Positions 37,573 to 45,672 of a stretch of DNA of 64,000 nt are shown piece after piece. A program made the translations under genes and the position numbers. This stretch comes from a virus: the IMG/VR virus record IMGVR_UViG_3300045988_105383. One strand, written 5' to 3'. Below the pieces are notes generated by a model. It had not been told where the DNA came from, did not search any database, and saw only the letters and a program-made list of their open reading frames with translations. Positions within the stretch are counted from its first letter, which is position 1. The number at the start of each line of letters is the position of its first letter.

Positions 37573-38388
37573 TCATAGCAACACCGTTTCCGGCAGCACT
37601 TGCGCGTTGTCTGTAATTTTGACCCTCATCTCATCCGTCAGCTTAATTTTCAGCATAGCGCCTTCTCCCCAGAACGGTGTAAACGCGGATTTATAGCAGT
37701 CGCAGACCAGCCAGTCACCTTCCATGCGGAATACGTTCTTACCGTCCACGTACTCACACACCGGGTTGCAGGTAGCGAGTTTTGCTATCCGACCAATGAA
37801 GTTTGGCTTTTTCTCCGCGTATTCCGGGTACTCCGCAATCAGGGCGGCGTATTCGTCTGGAAACAGTAAGGACATCTGGTGCAAGAAATTCGGCACGGTC
37901 TCTTCCTGATACTTCGTGATCGTGCCGCCCATCAAACTTTGCGGCCTGTACGAACATATCCGATTCAGGTTTTCCGGGGTCAGCGTCTCGCGCTTTACGA
38001 CAACCCAATTGCAGCCAAATCCGGGGTCTGAAACATTCAGACGCCCGTTCCAGTCCCCGATCTTGACAAACGGCGGGCACAAATAGGCATCGTCTCCGAT
38101 TCGTCCAATGTGTTCATCCGACGGATAGTTCAGTTTTGCGTAGCATGGGTCGGCTTTCACCTGCTCCCGTATATTGCTAAACTTCTTGCTCTGCTTTGTT
38201 CCACCGTCCACGCAAGTTCTTTCCCCGATAGGGCAGCGGTTTCCGAAAAGTGTTGTCACGTTGAAGCATTTCCCGCTTTTGTAAAGCGAGCACTCATCCG
38301 CGCGATCGCAGTAGATATACTCCGCCCGGAGCCTCGCGCCCCGGCTTCCATCGCCATACAAGCCGACATTGATTTTTCTTTGATTCAT
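37573..38388 (-). CDS. Hypothetical Cys-rich protein
   Basis: 271-aa ORF. Confidence 0.45.
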   Translation of the reverse strand: MNQRKINVGLYGDGSRGARLRAEYIYCDRADECSLYKSGKCFNVTTLFGNRCPIGERTCVDGGTKQSKKFSNIREQVKADPCYAKLNYPSDEHIGRIGDDAYLCPPFVKIGDWNGRLNVSDPGFGCNWVVVKRETLTPENLNRICSYRPQSLMGGTITKYQEETVPNFLHQMSLLFPDEYAALIAEYPEYAEKKPNFIGRIAKLATCNPVCEYVDGKNVFRMEGDWLVCDCYKSAFTPFWGEGAMLKIKLTDEMRVKITDNAQVLPETVLL

Positions 38389-38954
38389 CTGTCGGAACCT
38401 CCCAGTCTGATTGGAAGCACCATTTTGATGTCGTCCGTGTTCGTCCGGATAATCACCGGAGAAATAGGAGACCAGAACTCCAAGACGATTGGATTTCTGA
38501 ATGTCTGACCAGCGCTGATCTTCGCGGCCTGAAGTGCTGTCAGCAGATAGTTTCCATTAAATCCAATCTTGAAGTGCGGTTCGCCTTCCGGAATTACCTT
38601 CTGCCATTCAAACGGCTGTGGATCTTCCGGCTGCTCAAATCCAAACAGGGCCCCAGCGCATCGGATCTGAACTTCGGTCCCCACCTTCTCAATCACAGCG
38701 TAGGTTTTTCGCGGAAGGCGGAAGCTGCCCATGATGTAGACCGAGAAGTTCTCGTCGCACTCACTCACCACAGAGTTCTCCACGCTCATCCGATAGCCAT
38801 CCAGCGACATCGCCGTCACCTTCTGATGCTCGGCGTCAAAATCGAAGCGAATGTACTCCTTCGCTTTCCGGCTCTCACAATGAACCTTGCTGACGAACTG
38901 CTTCGTGGCATCTACGATTCTGTTAAAATCGTCTGAAAAGATTGTTGCTCTCAT
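38385..38954 (-). CDS. Short DNA polymerase III beta-clamp-like protein
   Basis: ...SLDGYRMSV..., ...FNGNYLLTALQAA..., ...VLPIRL resemble DnaN motifs, but the ORF is only about 190 aa; ATG 38954 has GGAGG RBS. Confidence 0.45.
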   Translation of the reverse strand: MRATIFSDDFNRIVDATKQFVSKVHCESRKAKEYIRFDFDAEHQKVTAMSLDGYRMSVENSVVSECDENFSVYIMGSFRLPRKTYAVIEKVGTEVQIRCAGALFGFEQPEDPQPFEWQKVIPEGEPHFKIGFNGNYLLTALQAAKISAGQTFRNPIVLEFWSPISPVIIRTNTDDIKMVLPIRLGGSDR

Positions 38955-40036
38955 TTCTTCCTCCAATATTTCATCCGTTTTCCTGCGGATTTGTTTCTCT
39001 ATTCTCATCGTACCATCCGCCCAAAACGATTTATGTTACACTCCCGGCTACCGCGACGCCGACTCCGCCTTACTTCGCTGCTGCACCATAACCACCCCTT
39101 CCCTGCCATAGACCCGAAGGGTATCTGCTTCGTTGCCGTAAGGCAACCGCGCAAATTTTATTTTTTGGTCTTTTCCTTTTTTGATTTCCAAAATTCCAGC
39201 TCGGGTTTGAAAAGTATGCCCCCTCCCCACCTTACGCATAAGAAAAGCGCCGGCCGTAGACGCAGATGGCCTTTGGCTGACGCGATGAGAAATATATATA
39301 TGGTTGAAAACAGGTTTACCCGGCGGTGGTATGTCGGAGGGGAGCCGATGTGGAACATGGATGGGGGGAGAAGAGCTATTGCCCTTCTCCAGGAAAAAGG
39401 GCCTTTCGGGTTTGTAAAGTGGGGCGGGGTCTTGCATTTCTGCATGCTGCCTTGCATTTTTAGGCCGTTGTCGTTTACATTCTGCCGTGGAAAGTAAACG
39501 ACATCCCTGAATTTCTGCAAGTTCTCTTGCAAGTCATGCATTTTTGCCAAATTCGGCGGGTTAATCTCGCTCGGCTCGGACTTGCTGCGGAGCTAGGGCG
39601 GATGCTCTGCCGATCAGATGCGGATGGACCGGGCTGTGCCCGTCCAGATCGGCGGCCTGAACACGCCGGAGCCGCGAACACTTTTCCCTGTCCTCGTTTC
39701 CCTCTCTTGGTTGCCCTCTGTTGGCCTGCATGGTCTTCTCTTTGCCGGTGCTTGGCTGCGTGTGGCTGGTCTGGCTGGGTTGGTATGATATGAGTTTAGA
39801 CTATAGTATGCTCGCCCGCGCGGAGTACACGCGCGCACGCGCGCGATTATAATAAAGAGTAGGCGCGGAGCTGTTCCGGGCCGTTCTGCTTGGCGTGGCG
39901 GCGCTCTGGCTGGCGCTGGGGTGGCGTGGATGGCCTCGGCGGGTTTGTTGCCCGCTTGGAGCTGGGCGGGGTGTTTTGGGCGCAGGAAAGCCGCTCTGGG
40001 CTATACCGGGGCGGCTAAAGGCTGGGGCGGTATATA

Positions 40037-40747
40037 TTATGCAATGGCCTTGCGGTAGCGCTCGCGGATTGCTTCGATGCGTCTTTGTACGCTGCTCTTG
40101 CTCATGGCGAGCACGGCGGCGATGTCTCGGACGGTGTAACCGGCTGCGAGCTGCTGCACGATGATCTTGTCCGTGTCCGTGGCGATGGCCTCGCGGATGA
40201 TCTCGGCGGTGATGGCTGCGGCCTCGGGGCCCTGCGTGATCGGCTCGGCGGTGACGCTGGCGGAAAGATCGATCACGGTCTGAGTCTGGTCCTCGTCGGT
40301 GACGATCTGGCGGCATGCGTTGGCGTGGCGGCGCTCGGCGCGGCTGATGCTGTGCGCTGCCTGGGCGCACGCGGAAAACATGATATAGGCGAGCGGGCGC
40401 GGCTCCTCTCGCTGCTCGTTGCGGTCGAGGGCGGCGAAGATGCGGCAATAAGCATCCGCTGCGACGGTCTGCGCGTCGTCCGGGGTGACGATCCAATCGG
40501 TGTCCATGTCCCGGCCTTGGGCCTCGGCGCGGTGCTTCATGGTCCACGTCATGCGGATCAGGGCGGAATATTTCTCCTCACCGGTCATGGCGTCCCACTC
40601 GCAGCGGGCTGTCTGGGCCGCTCTGGCGGCGCGGTGCGCCTCTTTCAGGCAGATGGCAAACTGGGCGCGGCTGCGGGTCTCGGGGTACTCGGTGACGGTC
40701 TGGCGGTACAGGCTCCACGCCTGAGACATGATGGCGGTTTTCTTCAT
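40037..40747 (-). CDS. Sigma-70-family (ECF-like, regions 2+4) protein
   Basis: Region-4-like ...IIVQQLAAGYTVRDIAAVLAMSKSSVQRRIEAIRERY and region-2-like ...DDAQTVAADAYCRIFAAL...LAYIMFSACAQAAHSISRAERRH; start MKKTAIM (AAGGAG RBS) inside track ORF 40037..40858. Confidence 0.55.
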   Translation of the reverse strand: MKKTAIMSQAWSLYRQTVTEYPETRSRAQFAICLKEAHRAARAAQTARCEWDAMTGEEKYSALIRMTWTMKHRAEAQGRDMDTDWIVTPDDAQTVAADAYCRIFAALDRNEQREEPRPLAYIMFSACAQAAHSISRAERRHANACRQIVTDEDQTQTVIDLSASVTAEPITQGPEAAAITAEIIREAIATDTDKIIVQQLAAGYTVRDIAAVLAMSKSSVQRRIEAIRERYRKAIA

Positions 40748-40832
40748 GGTATTGATCTCCTTTACATCGTCAAAATTTTGATGGGATCGGGTCGCTTTAC
40801 GGTGCGGCCCGTCAAGGTGTCCGGCTGCTGGA

Positions 40833-41591
40833 TCAGACAAGATACAGAATTCCATCAAGCTCGATGCTTACCGCCTCCTGCTTCATCTCCTCCTTGATCC
40901 GCTGGGCAATGCGGATGATTTCCGGAACCTGCTCGTGATACTGGCGTTCGGTACAGCTGGCGTAAACGATGGTAACGGCCTCGGCAACCAGTCCGGCGGA
41001 GTCGCTTACCCAAAAGCCGCGGGCGGTGGTGGCGGTCGCGCCGCCGAACATTTCGGCAAGCTCGCGGGCGACGCGCTGGACCTGCTCGGAGTTGTCGGTG
41101 TTCTCTGCCGGGCCCTGCGTGCTGGGGACGTACACCGCGACGCGGTGTGGCAGCTGTACGCCGCCGAATTGCTCGACGGTCAGGCGGACCGGTGCCGCCG
41201 GGGCGCTGGGCTTGGCCGTCTCCTGCGGCGCGGGCGGCGCGTACTTGCTCATCGCCTGCGCAAGCTGGTTGATGTGCGCGGGGTGGATTTCGGCGGGCTG
41301 GTAGATGCTCTTTGCTTCCAGCTCGTCACGGGTCGCGGCGGTCTCGATGGTGGCGGCCCACTCGCGGGAGCTGGGCCAGATTCTGCCGTCCCACTCGCCC
41401 ACGGTGTTGATGATCTCGGCGATTGCCTCGCGGGCGGTATCGTATCCGAGGCGTTCCACGATAGCGGCGACGGTCTCGGCGGGGGTCCGGTCGCTGGTTT
41501 CGCGGTAGATGTTTACCACGGTTTTGATGTTCGCGCGGGTGGTCTTGATCTGCTCGCGGCGGGCGGTGATCTCGGTTGCATTCATTTTCAT
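40833..41591 (-). CDS. Hypothetical protein, first gene of the minus arm
   Basis: 252-aa ORF with GGAGA RBS. Confidence 0.5.
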   Translation of the reverse strand: MKMNATEITARREQIKTTRANIKTVVNIYRETSDRTPAETVAAIVERLGYDTAREAIAEIINTVGEWDGRIWPSSREWAATIETAATRDELEAKSIYQPAEIHPAHINQLAQAMSKYAPPAPQETAKPSAPAAPVRLTVEQFGGVQLPHRVAVYVPSTQGPAENTDNSEQVQRVARELAEMFGGATATTARGFWVSDSAGLVAEAVTIVYASCTERQYHEQVPEIIRIAQRIKEEMKQEAVSIELDGILYLV

Positions 41592-41649
41592 ATTGGTTTC
41601 TCCTTTCCCTTGCGGGGCGTTCGTTGTTTCATTTGATGGCTTTATTTTA

Positions 41650-41664
41650 GCACTTATTATGTGC
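41650..41664. promoter_or_regulatory. Operator-like palindrome O1 GCACTTATTATGTGC
   Basis: GCAC-N7-GTGC; overlaps the -10 of the minus-strand promoter. Confidence 0.55.
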
Positions 41665-41685
41665 CGCGTCTATTGACGTTTTCAA
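41656..41685 (-). promoter_or_regulatory. Sigma-70-type promoter for the minus arm
   Basis: Minus strand TTGAAA-N18-CATAAT. Confidence 0.45.
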
Positions 41686-41716
41686 CAATTATTAAGTGCC
41701 GTTTTCGTGTATTTTA

Positions 41717-41731
41717 GCACTTATTACGTGC
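41717..41731. promoter_or_regulatory. Operator-like palindrome O2 GCACTTATTACGTGC
   Basis: Same 24-nt context TTTTAGCACTTATTA(T/C)GTGCCGCG as O1. Confidence 0.55.
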
Positions 41732-41775
41732 CGCGCTTGGTACTGTGCAGCCGCCACTTATTAAAAAATAAATTG

Positions 41776-41790
41776 GCACTTGCTACGTGC
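41776..41790. promoter_or_regulatory. Operator-like palindrome O3 GCACTTGCTACGTGC
   Basis: Overlaps the -35 of the plus-strand promoter. Confidence 0.5.
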
Positions 41791-41808
41791 CGCCGCGCGT
41801 GGTATAAT
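41780..41808 (+). promoter_or_regulatory. Sigma-70-type promoter for the plus arm
   Basis: TTGCTA-N17-TATAAT with TG extended -10. Confidence 0.55.
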
Positions 41809-41823
41809 TTTTACATCGGCGGC

Positions 41824-41848
41824 GGGACAAATGCCGCCGATCCGGTAG
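41824..41848 (+). promoter_or_regulatory. Element-2 motif copy 1
   Basis: GGGACAAA-N12-GGTAG; 32 nt to ATG 41881. Confidence 0.6.
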
Positions 41849-41880
41849 ATTAAAAAGCAAAAGGCACGGGAGGGCATCAC

Positions 41881-42495
41881 ATGGCAGTAAGTGAGCGCAA
41901 AAAGGCATCGAACAAAAAGTGGGATGTTGCAAATATTGAGCGGCTATCTATTGCAGTCCCCAAGGGCGAGCGCGACGAGATTAGAGCATCGGCAGCGGCG
42001 GCGGGTGAGAGCATCAACAAATACATCATCGCGGCCATTCGGGCGCGGATGGGCGACGCGGACGGCGGCGCGTCTCCTGCGGCTGAGATCGTCCAGGCGG
42101 CGCAGCCGGTAGCAGAGGCGCAGCCGGGGCAGGTGCTCAACGGGGCCGCGCTGGAGTCGGCCAAGGTGGCAGCGGCGGCGGCCGGTGAGACTTTGCCCGC
42201 ATTTGTGGCGCGGGCCGTCCAGCAGGCGGCGGACGCGGACGCGCGGGAGCGCCTGCTTGCGGTAGCGTGTAAAAATGCAAGTTTGCCGTCGTCAGCAGAT
42301 GCAAGCGCGGCGGCTGAATCTTGCGCGACTTCCGCGTGTGATGTCGTGGACTGGGCCGCACGCACGGACCACCTGCGCGCGCTGCGAGAATCCGCCCGCG
42401 CGTCCGCTGGAATTCCAAGCCCTGAACAGACGGCTCCCGGAAATTCTGGGGACTTACCGCCTGAACAGGCAGGGTCGAAAACTCCGGGAGACTGA
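41881..42495 (+). CDS. Tandem ribbon-helix-helix (CopG/Arc-type) regulator with Ala-rich tail
   Basis: ERLSIAVPKGERDEIRASAAAAGESINKYIIAAIRARM and a second RHH-like LESAKVAAAAAGETLPAFVARAVQQAAD. Confidence 0.6.
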   Translation: MAVSERKKASNKKWDVANIERLSIAVPKGERDEIRASAAAAGESINKYIIAAIRARMGDADGGASPAAEIVQAAQPVAEAQPGQVLNGAALESAKVAAAAAGETLPAFVARAVQQAADADARERLLAVACKNASLPSSADASAAAESCATSACDVVDWAARTDHLRALRESARASAGIPSPEQTAPGNSGDLPPEQAGSKTPGD

Positions 42496-42611
42496 CGGCC
42501 ATCTTTTGAAATTGCTGAACAGCGCCCCTTCCAATTTCCGGGGAAAAACCTGAACAGCAGCGCTCCGCAGCTCCTGAACAGCACCAACTTGAATATTCTG
42601 AACAGCAGCGC
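42422..42611 (+). repeat. Six direct copies of CTGAACAG (iteron-like array)
   Basis: Copies start at 42422, 42461, 42515, 42550, 42574, 42598; the copies at 42550 and 42598 extend to CTGAACAGCAGCGC. Confidence 0.7.
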
Positions 42612-42636
42612 CCGATCACTCGGGCGCTATTTTTTT
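42607..42636 (+). terminator. Intrinsic terminator
   Basis: AGCGCCC-loop-GGGCGCT then a T run. Confidence 0.65.
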
Positions 42637-42646
42637 ACGTTTTTGC

Positions 42647-42670
42647 GGGACAAACGCAGAAATCGTGTAG
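42647..42670 (+). promoter_or_regulatory. Element-2 motif copy 2
   Basis: GGGACAAA-N11-TGTAG; 32 nt to ATG 42703. Confidence 0.55.
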
Positions 42671-42702
42671 CTATAAAGAAAAAGCAAAAAGGAGCACGTA
42701 AC

Positions 42703-43044
42703 ATGATTATTGACCTCATTCTCGACCGCAAGGACGGCATTTTCTACAATCCATTCGATTTTTACATTGGCGTGGCAAGCTACGCCGAAACGGCCTCGGA
42801 CATCGCCCAGAGAATCGCCGAAGCAATGGACGGCGGCGAGGAAGCGGACGTCCAGCGCGAACTCTGCGCATACATCGCGGCCAACAACTACGATCCGGAA
42901 ATCTGCGAGTATATCAAGTCGGTCAAATGGCTGGAAAAGGACGCTGAACAGCTGAATCCGATCTGCGTAGACTGCAAGCGGCGCGGAAGCACGTGCAGCG
43001 GCACGACCTGTCAGGCGTGGACCGGCTGCGTCTATCGAAAATAG
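42703..43044 (+). CDS. Hypothetical protein (113 aa, C-terminal Cys cluster)
   Basis: AAGGAG RBS; start inside track ORF 42589..43044. Confidence 0.5.
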   Translation: MIIDLILDRKDGIFYNPFDFYIGVASYAETASDIAQRIAEAMDGGEEADVQRELCAYIAANNYDPEICEYIKSVKWLEKDAEQLNPICVDCKRRGSTCSGTTCQAWTGCVYRK

Positions 43045-43067
43045 GTCAAAAAAATCCCGCCTTCGGC

Positions 43068-43091
43068 GGGACAAATCGGAAAATACGGTAG
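43068..43091 (+). promoter_or_regulatory. Element-2 motif copy 3
   Basis: GGGACAAA-N11-GGTAG; 35 nt to ATG 43127. Confidence 0.6.
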
Positions 43092-43126
43092 CTTCAAAGT
43101 CAAAGAACAGAAACGAGGTACACACC

Positions 43127-43345
43127 ATGAAACATGTCACAACAGTCAAGGCGCAGCTCGTCAAAACGTCCATCGGCTACGGCGTTGCCTATACGTGGCC
43201 GTCTGCAATTACCGGCTCGATTATGGCGCATCAGGAGCGGTTCCAAACATTCCAGCAAGCGGAGAAATTCATCGACCGCCTGAAATGGGAGGCGGTGTTC
43301 TGGAATTTCCGCTTCCTGATCCGCGGAGCAAAAACGCCAGTCTGA
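43127..43345 (+). CDS. Small hypothetical protein
   Basis: 72 aa, GAGGT RBS. Confidence 0.5.
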   Translation: MKHVTTVKAQLVKTSIGYGVAYTWPSAITGSIMAHQERFQTFQQAEKFIDRLKWEAVFWNFRFLIRGAKTPV

Positions 43346-43417
43346 ATGTCGCCGAAAAACCGCAAAGAATCCGAACCAACCAGCAGCGCCCAAAAACGTG
43401 AAAAAACCAAGCGACAG

Positions 43418-43450
43418 AAAAACCGGGAGAAATCCCGGCTTTCTTTTTTT
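43418..43450 (+). terminator. Intrinsic terminator
   Basis: AAAAACCGGGA-gaaa-TCCCGG then a T-rich run. Confidence 0.6.
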
Positions 43451-43480
43451 CCCAAAAACGAGAAAATTTCCGAACCAAGC

Positions 43481-43504
43481 GGGACAAATCCAATTTTGAG
43501 GTAG
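43481..43504 (+). promoter_or_regulatory. Element-2 motif copy 4
   Basis: GGGACAAA-N11-GGTAG; 33 nt to ATG 43538. Confidence 0.6.
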
Positions 43505-43537
43505 CTATAAAGAAAAAACATAAAGGAGTCCTCCAAG

Positions 43538-43915
43538 ATGAAAAAAGCAGCAAGCCGCACGATCCCCTATCGGGTCTACAAAAAGATGTTTTCGGACTGC
43601 AAAGCCTACGACTACAAAAGCGGAAAAATCACGGTTGACTTCCCTGTCGACTATCTGGAATCGAAGATGTACATACCGGACGGCTGGTACTCTGGTGCAA
43701 ATTATGTTTCTAAACGGATTGGGCGCACAACCGCAGGCCGTGAGGTTCGGGCAGAGATCGCGGAGCATTCGGACGGCGGCTGCAAGTATTACGACGCCGT
43801 TGTGACGGTCGGGAACACGTTCTACGGCGGTTCTATGCGGACGCGGGACTTTATACGTTCGTTCGACGCCGCCATCGCGTGGGCAGTTGAAACCGCCGAA
43901 AGTTTTTTGAAATAA
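43538..43915 (+). CDS. Hypothetical protein
   Basis: 125 aa, AAGGAG RBS. Confidence 0.5.
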   Translation: MKKAASRTIPYRVYKKMFSDCKAYDYKSGKITVDFPVDYLESKMYIPDGWYSGANYVSKRIGRTTAGREVRAEIAEHSDGGCKYYDAVVTVGNTFYGGSMRTRDFIRSFDAAIAWAVETAESFLK

Positions 43916-43930
43916 GCGCACACAATTACA

Positions 43931-43956
43931 GCGCCGGATGAAATTCCGGCGTTTTT
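43931..43956 (+). terminator. Intrinsic terminator
   Basis: GCGCCGGA-tgaaa-TTCCGGCG-TTTTT. Confidence 0.65.
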
Positions 43957-43970
43957 CCTTTATCCAGTGC

Positions 43971-43994
43971 GGGACAAACGCCGATTTCCGGTAG
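43971..43994 (+). promoter_or_regulatory. Element-2 motif copy 5
   Basis: GGGACAAA-N11-GGTAG; 36 nt to ATG 44031. Confidence 0.6.
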
Positions 43995-44030
43995 AGGTAA
44001 AGGTAGAACATCAAAACTAATTTTGGAGGT

Positions 44031-44363
44031 ATGAATATGAATAAACTGTATTTTGTGGAAACGAACGGCGGCTTCATGACAGTCGCAACAAGCGACGACG
44101 GACGCGCCTGCTACATGTGGCAGGACGGACGGGAGCAGAATTACCCGACGCAAAATCCCGCGTGGAACGAATCCGTCAGAACCGAGCGGGAGCAGATCGC
44201 GCTTGCGTGGCTTCGTAGCATTGCGGATGTGAACACGTTTGACGGTCTTTACGCCAACTCCGACGTGATAGAAAGCGGATACGTCGGAGTTTATACCGTG
44301 CAGGAGTTCCGGGAGGATCTCAAAAAAACCGGGGACAGAATCATTGCAAGCATCGAATTTTAA
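44031..44363 (+). CDS. Hypothetical protein
   Basis: 110 aa, GGAGGT RBS. Confidence 0.5.
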   Translation: MNMNKLYFVETNGGFMTVATSDDGRACYMWQDGREQNYPTQNPAWNESVRTEREQIALAWLRSIADVNTFDGLYANSDVIESGYVGVYTVQEFREDLKKTGDRIIASIEF

Positions 44364-44364
44364 G

Positions 44365-44406
44365 AAAATATCCGGGGGACGTGAAAAATCCCCCGGATAT
44401 TTTTTT
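44365..44406 (+). terminator. Intrinsic terminator
   Basis: AAAATATCCGGGGGA-cgtgaaaaa-TCCCCCGGATATTTTTTT. Confidence 0.75.
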
Positions 44407-44416
44407 GCCCGTCAGC

Positions 44417-44440
44417 GGGACAACCGCAAAAAACCGGTAG
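44417..44440 (+). promoter_or_regulatory. Element-2 motif copy 6
   Basis: GGGACAAC-N11-GGTAG; 37 nt to ATG 44478. Confidence 0.6.
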
Positions 44441-44477
44441 AACCGAAGATAGAAAGAAAAAACGGAGGTACTTACTC

Positions 44478-44822
44478 ATGACTAACGCAGCAATCATTCT
44501 TGACGAATCTATCCGCCTTATGCAGTCCGGCATCCTGTCCGGCACGGGCCATTTCATCGACATCGTAGACGAGAACGGCCAGACCGAGCAGCTGGAGCTC
44601 CCCGAGGAGATTCACACCTTCAACGCCTGGAAGCAGCGCGGCTATATCGTCCGCAAGGGCGAGCACTCCATTGCGTCCTTCCCGATCTGGAAGTACATCG
44701 GCGGCAAGCGCAAAGAATCCGACGAGCCGCAGGAGGGCGACGAGGCCGAATCGAGCGGCTACTGCCGCATGAAACTTTCCCACTTCTTCACCGCCGCGCA
44801 GGTCCAGCCGCTGACGGTCTGA
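44478..44822 (+). CDS. Hypothetical protein; weak resemblance to the ArdC N-terminal ssDNA-binding domain
   Basis: ...HTFNAWKQRGYIVRKGEHSIASFPIW... recalls the ...T..QA..LGG.VRKGEKG block; weak. Confidence 0.3.
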   Translation: MTNAAIILDESIRLMQSGILSGTGHFIDIVDENGQTEQLELPEEIHTFNAWKQRGYIVRKGEHSIASFPIWKYIGGKRKESDEPQEGDEAESSGYCRMKLSHFFTAAQVQPLTV

Positions 44823-44837
44823 GTCTGAGGAACTCAC

Positions 44838-44872
44838 AAAAAACGCACGGAAACAATCCGTGCGTTTTTTTT
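44838..44872 (+). terminator. Intrinsic terminator
   Basis: AAAAAACGCACGGA-aacaa-TCCGTGCGTTTTTTTT. Confidence 0.75.
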
Positions 44873-44956
44873 CGTGCGTTCTTTGTGCGTTCGACTGTAT
44901 CAAAATTCACTTTTCCCGCATGTCATACTGAAATCAGAGAAAAATTTCAAATCCAC

Positions 44957-44980
44957 GGGACAAATTCAAATCTCCGGTAG
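44957..44980 (+). promoter_or_regulatory. Element-2 motif copy 7
   Basis: GGGACAAA-N11-GGTAG; 39 nt to ATG 45020. Confidence 0.6.
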
Positions 44981-45019
44981 CAATAACAGCGAAAAGAAAC
45001 CGACCACGGAGGAACGGCT

Positions 45020-45118
45020 ATGAAAATCAAACTTCAAAAAATCCTGACGGCCATCGCCGTCATCGCCCTGTTCTATCTCATGCTCGGGGCGGATACCCTG
45101 ATCGAATACATTCTATAA
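45020..45118 (+). CDS. Very small membrane peptide (32 aa)
   Basis: Own translation MKIKLQKILTAIAVIALFYLMLGADTLIEYIL; GGAGG RBS; first ORF after motif copy 7. Confidence 0.4.
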   Translation: MKIKLQKILTAIAVIALFYLMLGADTLIEYIL

Positions 45119-45131
45119 AGGGGCAGCAACC

Positions 45132-45503
45132 ATGAAAAACACGAAATTTCTTCGTAAAATGTGCGGCTTTTCCGCGCGGCACGGCCTCGATATGGAGCCC
45201 GAGAAAATCAGCGTCGCCATCCGCTGCCGGACCTACGAGCAGTACCGGGCGGCGCTCGCCGCGGCCTATCGCCTGAGAAACGTGAAGATCGAGAATCTGT
45301 ACCATAGTCTGTTCATCCGCATCTACGATGCCGCCGACTGGCAGGCGTGGAAAGAAAGCGAGCAGCGCCGGCAGCAGATCGTCTATCGCTTCTGGGAGGC
45401 CATGCGCGAAAACGGCAGAGATCAAAAAGCCTCTCAGGCCGCAGCACACGACCTTGCCGTCCAGATCGGCGCTCTGAAGGAATACGAAGCCATCTACGCC
45501 TGA
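45132..45503 (+). CDS. Hypothetical protein
   Basis: 123-aa ORF. Confidence 0.5.
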   Translation: MKNTKFLRKMCGFSARHGLDMEPEKISVAIRCRTYEQYRAALAAAYRLRNVKIENLYHSLFIRIYDAADWQAWKESEQRRQQIVYRFWEAMRENGRDQKASQAAAHDLAVQIGALKEYEAIYA

Positions 45504-45519
45504 ACAGGAGGCCACGATC

Positions 45520-45672
45520 ATGAAATATAGCGAGATCATCCGAAGCATCGACGATATTTTCGACTACTTCAAATTTCACAACAAAAACATGACGAAAGCG
45601 CAGGAAGAAAAACTGTATGAGCTGCAAGACTTGATCCACGAACTTCGCATCACGCAGGAGAGAAATAAATGA
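45520..45672 (+). CDS. Small hypothetical protein (50 aa)
   Basis: Own translation MKYSEIIRSIDDIFDYFKFHNKNMTKAQEEKLYELQDLIHELRITQERNK; AGGAGG RBS. Confidence 0.45.
   Translation: MKYSEIIRSIDDIFDYFKFHNKNMTKAQEEKLYELQDLIHELRITQERNK

Noticed and set aside
39801-40897. ORFs 39801..40547(-) and 40085..40897(+)
   Set aside because: They are Arg/Pro/His- or Gly/Asp-rich alternative or antisense frames of the sigma-like gene. The sigma-like frame has recognisable HTH and region-2 text and a good RBS.
41775-41791. Sigma-54 promoter in TTGGCACTTGCTACG
   Set aside because: The GG and GC elements are only 5 nt apart instead of the required 10 or so. The sequence is better explained as the third copy of the GCAC-N7-GTGC operator.
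41877-42619. Minus-strand ORFs 41877..42587 and 42137..42619
   Set aside because: They are antisense to the RHH gene. Their low-complexity Ala/Ser/Arg/Pro text is produced by the Ala-rich sense frame.
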